From: Vermamoeba vermiformis
Taxonomy: Eukaryota
Direction: 5' to 3'
Assembly (NCBI GenBank): GCA_045837725.1
Contig: JBEWZL010000061.1
Coordinates: 62,001 to 126,000, forward strand
DNA: 64,000 nt
Of the stretch, positions 61,899 to 64,000 are shown in pieces. The stretch's first letter is position 1. The number at the start of each line of letters is the position of its first letter. Under the pieces are notes generated by a model. That model was not told the origin of the DNA. It saw only the letters and a list, made by a program, of their open reading frames with translations, and ran no database searches. The position numbers and the translations under genes were made by a program.

Positions 61899-63583
61899 AT
61901 GAAGACCAAACTTGCTGTTTTACTTGGCCTTGTTGCAATTATTGCGTACGGTTCTTTAAATGCAGTCGATAGCGATGGGTTACCAGCGTGGTGGCTCTAT
62001 CACGGAGTTGGCGCACTCACCTCGACATTGAAGTCTTTCCAAGAGGCATTGACTCCTCCTCCTTTCCGAATTTTTGATACTCTTCAAGGCTCTATGAAGG
62101 CTCAGATGCTCCATGTAGCGGTTCATTTTCAGGTAGGCGCAATGTTTAAATTTAAGCAGGAGCAAATCTGTTTTTTTTATTAGTCTAATTTTCTCAATGC
62201 GCATTGAGAAAATTCGATAATGCTTTATTTAATACTATCTAGTTAAAATATTAATTAATTTTTTTTTTAAGATAGCGGATCACCTGCACAAAGAGCCCTT
62301 GGATATCAGATCTCTTGCCGCAAAGGTTGGAGTTACCGAAGGCGCTGATGGCTTGAATAGATTTTTGGTAATTATAATTATTCAAATACGCCATAAATAT
62401 AAAATTTACGCCTCACACATTACTAGAATGCACTCATTGCTTTCGGTTACTTTGCTCGCGACAGCAAGAATAGGTTCATCAATAATGCTGCCAGCGAGTA
62501 TTTGAGAACAGATCACCCTTACTCAGCGGTAGCCCTGATCAAACATTGGTCCGACGAATCTTATAAAACGTACGAGATGGCAATCGAATCTATTAAGACT
62601 GGCAAAAATGCCTTTGCTTTGAAACATGGCGCTACGGTATTCGATTGGTATCGCGATCATCCCGAGCACAAGGATAATTTCGCCAGGACGATGAGCGCCG
62701 TTGGTGCGATAGTGAATAAGGTATAGGAGTCCTGTATTCAGCGTAACAGACGTAGTAACACACGTTGCACAGGCGCTCGTTGCAGACTACGACTTCTCTA
62801 AGTACAGAACTATTGTTGATGTGGGAGGTAGCGAAGGCAGTCTCGTGCGTGCAATTCTGAAGAAGTTCCCCACTATCGAGAAGGCTTACATTTTCGATTT
62901 GCCCGAGGTGATCGAGGAGGCTAAGCAGTCGTTACAGACTGAAGGTAATCTACAGCAACTTGCCCAGGTGCGAACTAACGTTGAGGTAGATCCGGCAATT
63001 AGAAACAAAATTGAGCTGGTCAGTGGCGATTTCTTCAAAGAGATTCCCATCAAAGCGGACGCTTACTTGATGCGCTTTATTCTTCACGATTGGTACGTCC
63101 TTGGTTAGCGATTCTGTTATGCTAACTAGGAATCAATGTATAGGTCCGACAAGGATTGTTTGAGAATTTTAGAGAATATTCACAAGAAATCAATTGCGGG
63201 CAACACTACAGTGTTAGTTGTCGAGCAACTTCTCGGTGAGACTCCAAAACTCGTACATCATGACAAACTTAAACACTTACGGAAATATTTTGGTAGGAGA
63301 GAGAACAGACTCGTACATTGCCGACTTGCAAATGTACATGGTAGCCGCTGGTGGTCGAGAGCGTACTTACCCTCAGTTCAAGAACTTGCTCCGATCAGGA
63401 GGTACGTGTAATGTACTATTTTAGTAGTACATTGTGGATACTTACTAGTTGTTAGGCTTTAAGATCTGGGCCGTCACTCCAACACGAAGCCCGTTCAACG
63501 TTATTGAAGCGAGAGCCACTAAAGAGCTCGTGAAATTTGTCGATAACAACGATATGGTGTTAAATACTGATCTTAGTGGATAG
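61899..63583 (+). CDS. SAM-dependent O-methyltransferase (COMT/ASMT-like, Methyltransf_2 type) with N-terminal hydrophobic leader, multi-exon
   Basis: IVDVGGSEG, FDLPEVI, SGDFFKEIP..ADAYLMRFILHDW, GGRERT..F..LL. Confidence 0.88.
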
Positions 63584-63713
63584 TGTATAATTTGATAAAG
63601 TGATCGGCACTTGATTTTAGTCCACCAGAGATCGTTTTTTTGTGTTACACAATCAACGTCAATTTTCTAACCCGCCACAATAGTTTTAACCCATGAGCTG
63701 ACACAACGAGTAG

Positions 63714-63861
63714 ATGGACAATAGGCTGCGCACCGACGATGAGACTGACTCTGACATTTCGGATCTTGAAGAGTTAGATTTGAAGCTGCCTGACAATACA
63801 AACATAAAGAAGATAAAATGGCGCCAAACGATATGCTATTATTTATCGTATATTTCAGAAG
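63714..63861 (+). CDS. First exon of a gene running off the window end
   Basis: ATG-initiated open frame MDNRLRTDDETDSDISDLEEL... ending at AAG|GTAAGA. Confidence 0.4.
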
Positions 63862-64000
63862 GTAAGACGCTGGGCTTGACGGAGCAGTAATTATATTGAT
63901 CCGATCAACCGAAGTGTTTGAATTTTAAAGCTAGGGACAATCTGATTATCATATAATTAATACAGTGAAATTATTTAAGTGACAGAAGAAATTTAATTGA

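Overview
Compact, intron-rich eukaryotic genomic DNA with short AT-rich GT-AG introns and frequent CTAAC/CTGAC branch motifs. It is most consistent with a free-living amoeboid protist (inference). Two tandem arrays dominate. (i) 1-16.8 kb: eight minus-strand paralogues of an uncharacterised secreted, N-glycosylated, probably GPI-anchored FG-GAP-like beta-propeller surface protein. (ii) 32.2-41.9 kb: six intronless, strongly divergent actin genes, all with His73->Arg and rebuilt D-loops. Both arrays show gene-conversion-like tracts and single-base frameshifts. Next to the first array is an unusual multi-exon gene: two aegerolysin-like domains fused to a neutral-sphingomyelinase-like EEP domain that is split by a CLU-central-like insert. 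Other genes: NOL10, monoacylglycerol lipase-like hydrolase, a RING-like ORF, a Cdc123-like ATP-grasp protein with a WH2/actobindin-like N-terminus, a highly codon-biased ZP-like GPI protein, a SUMO-like+BTB protein, USP48-like deubiquitinase, an LRR protein, a trithorax/MLL-like SET methyltransferase with HARE-HTH and AT-hooks, DPH2, an atypical SDR and an O-methyltransferase. All exon boundaries and domain calls were made by eye without database searches.
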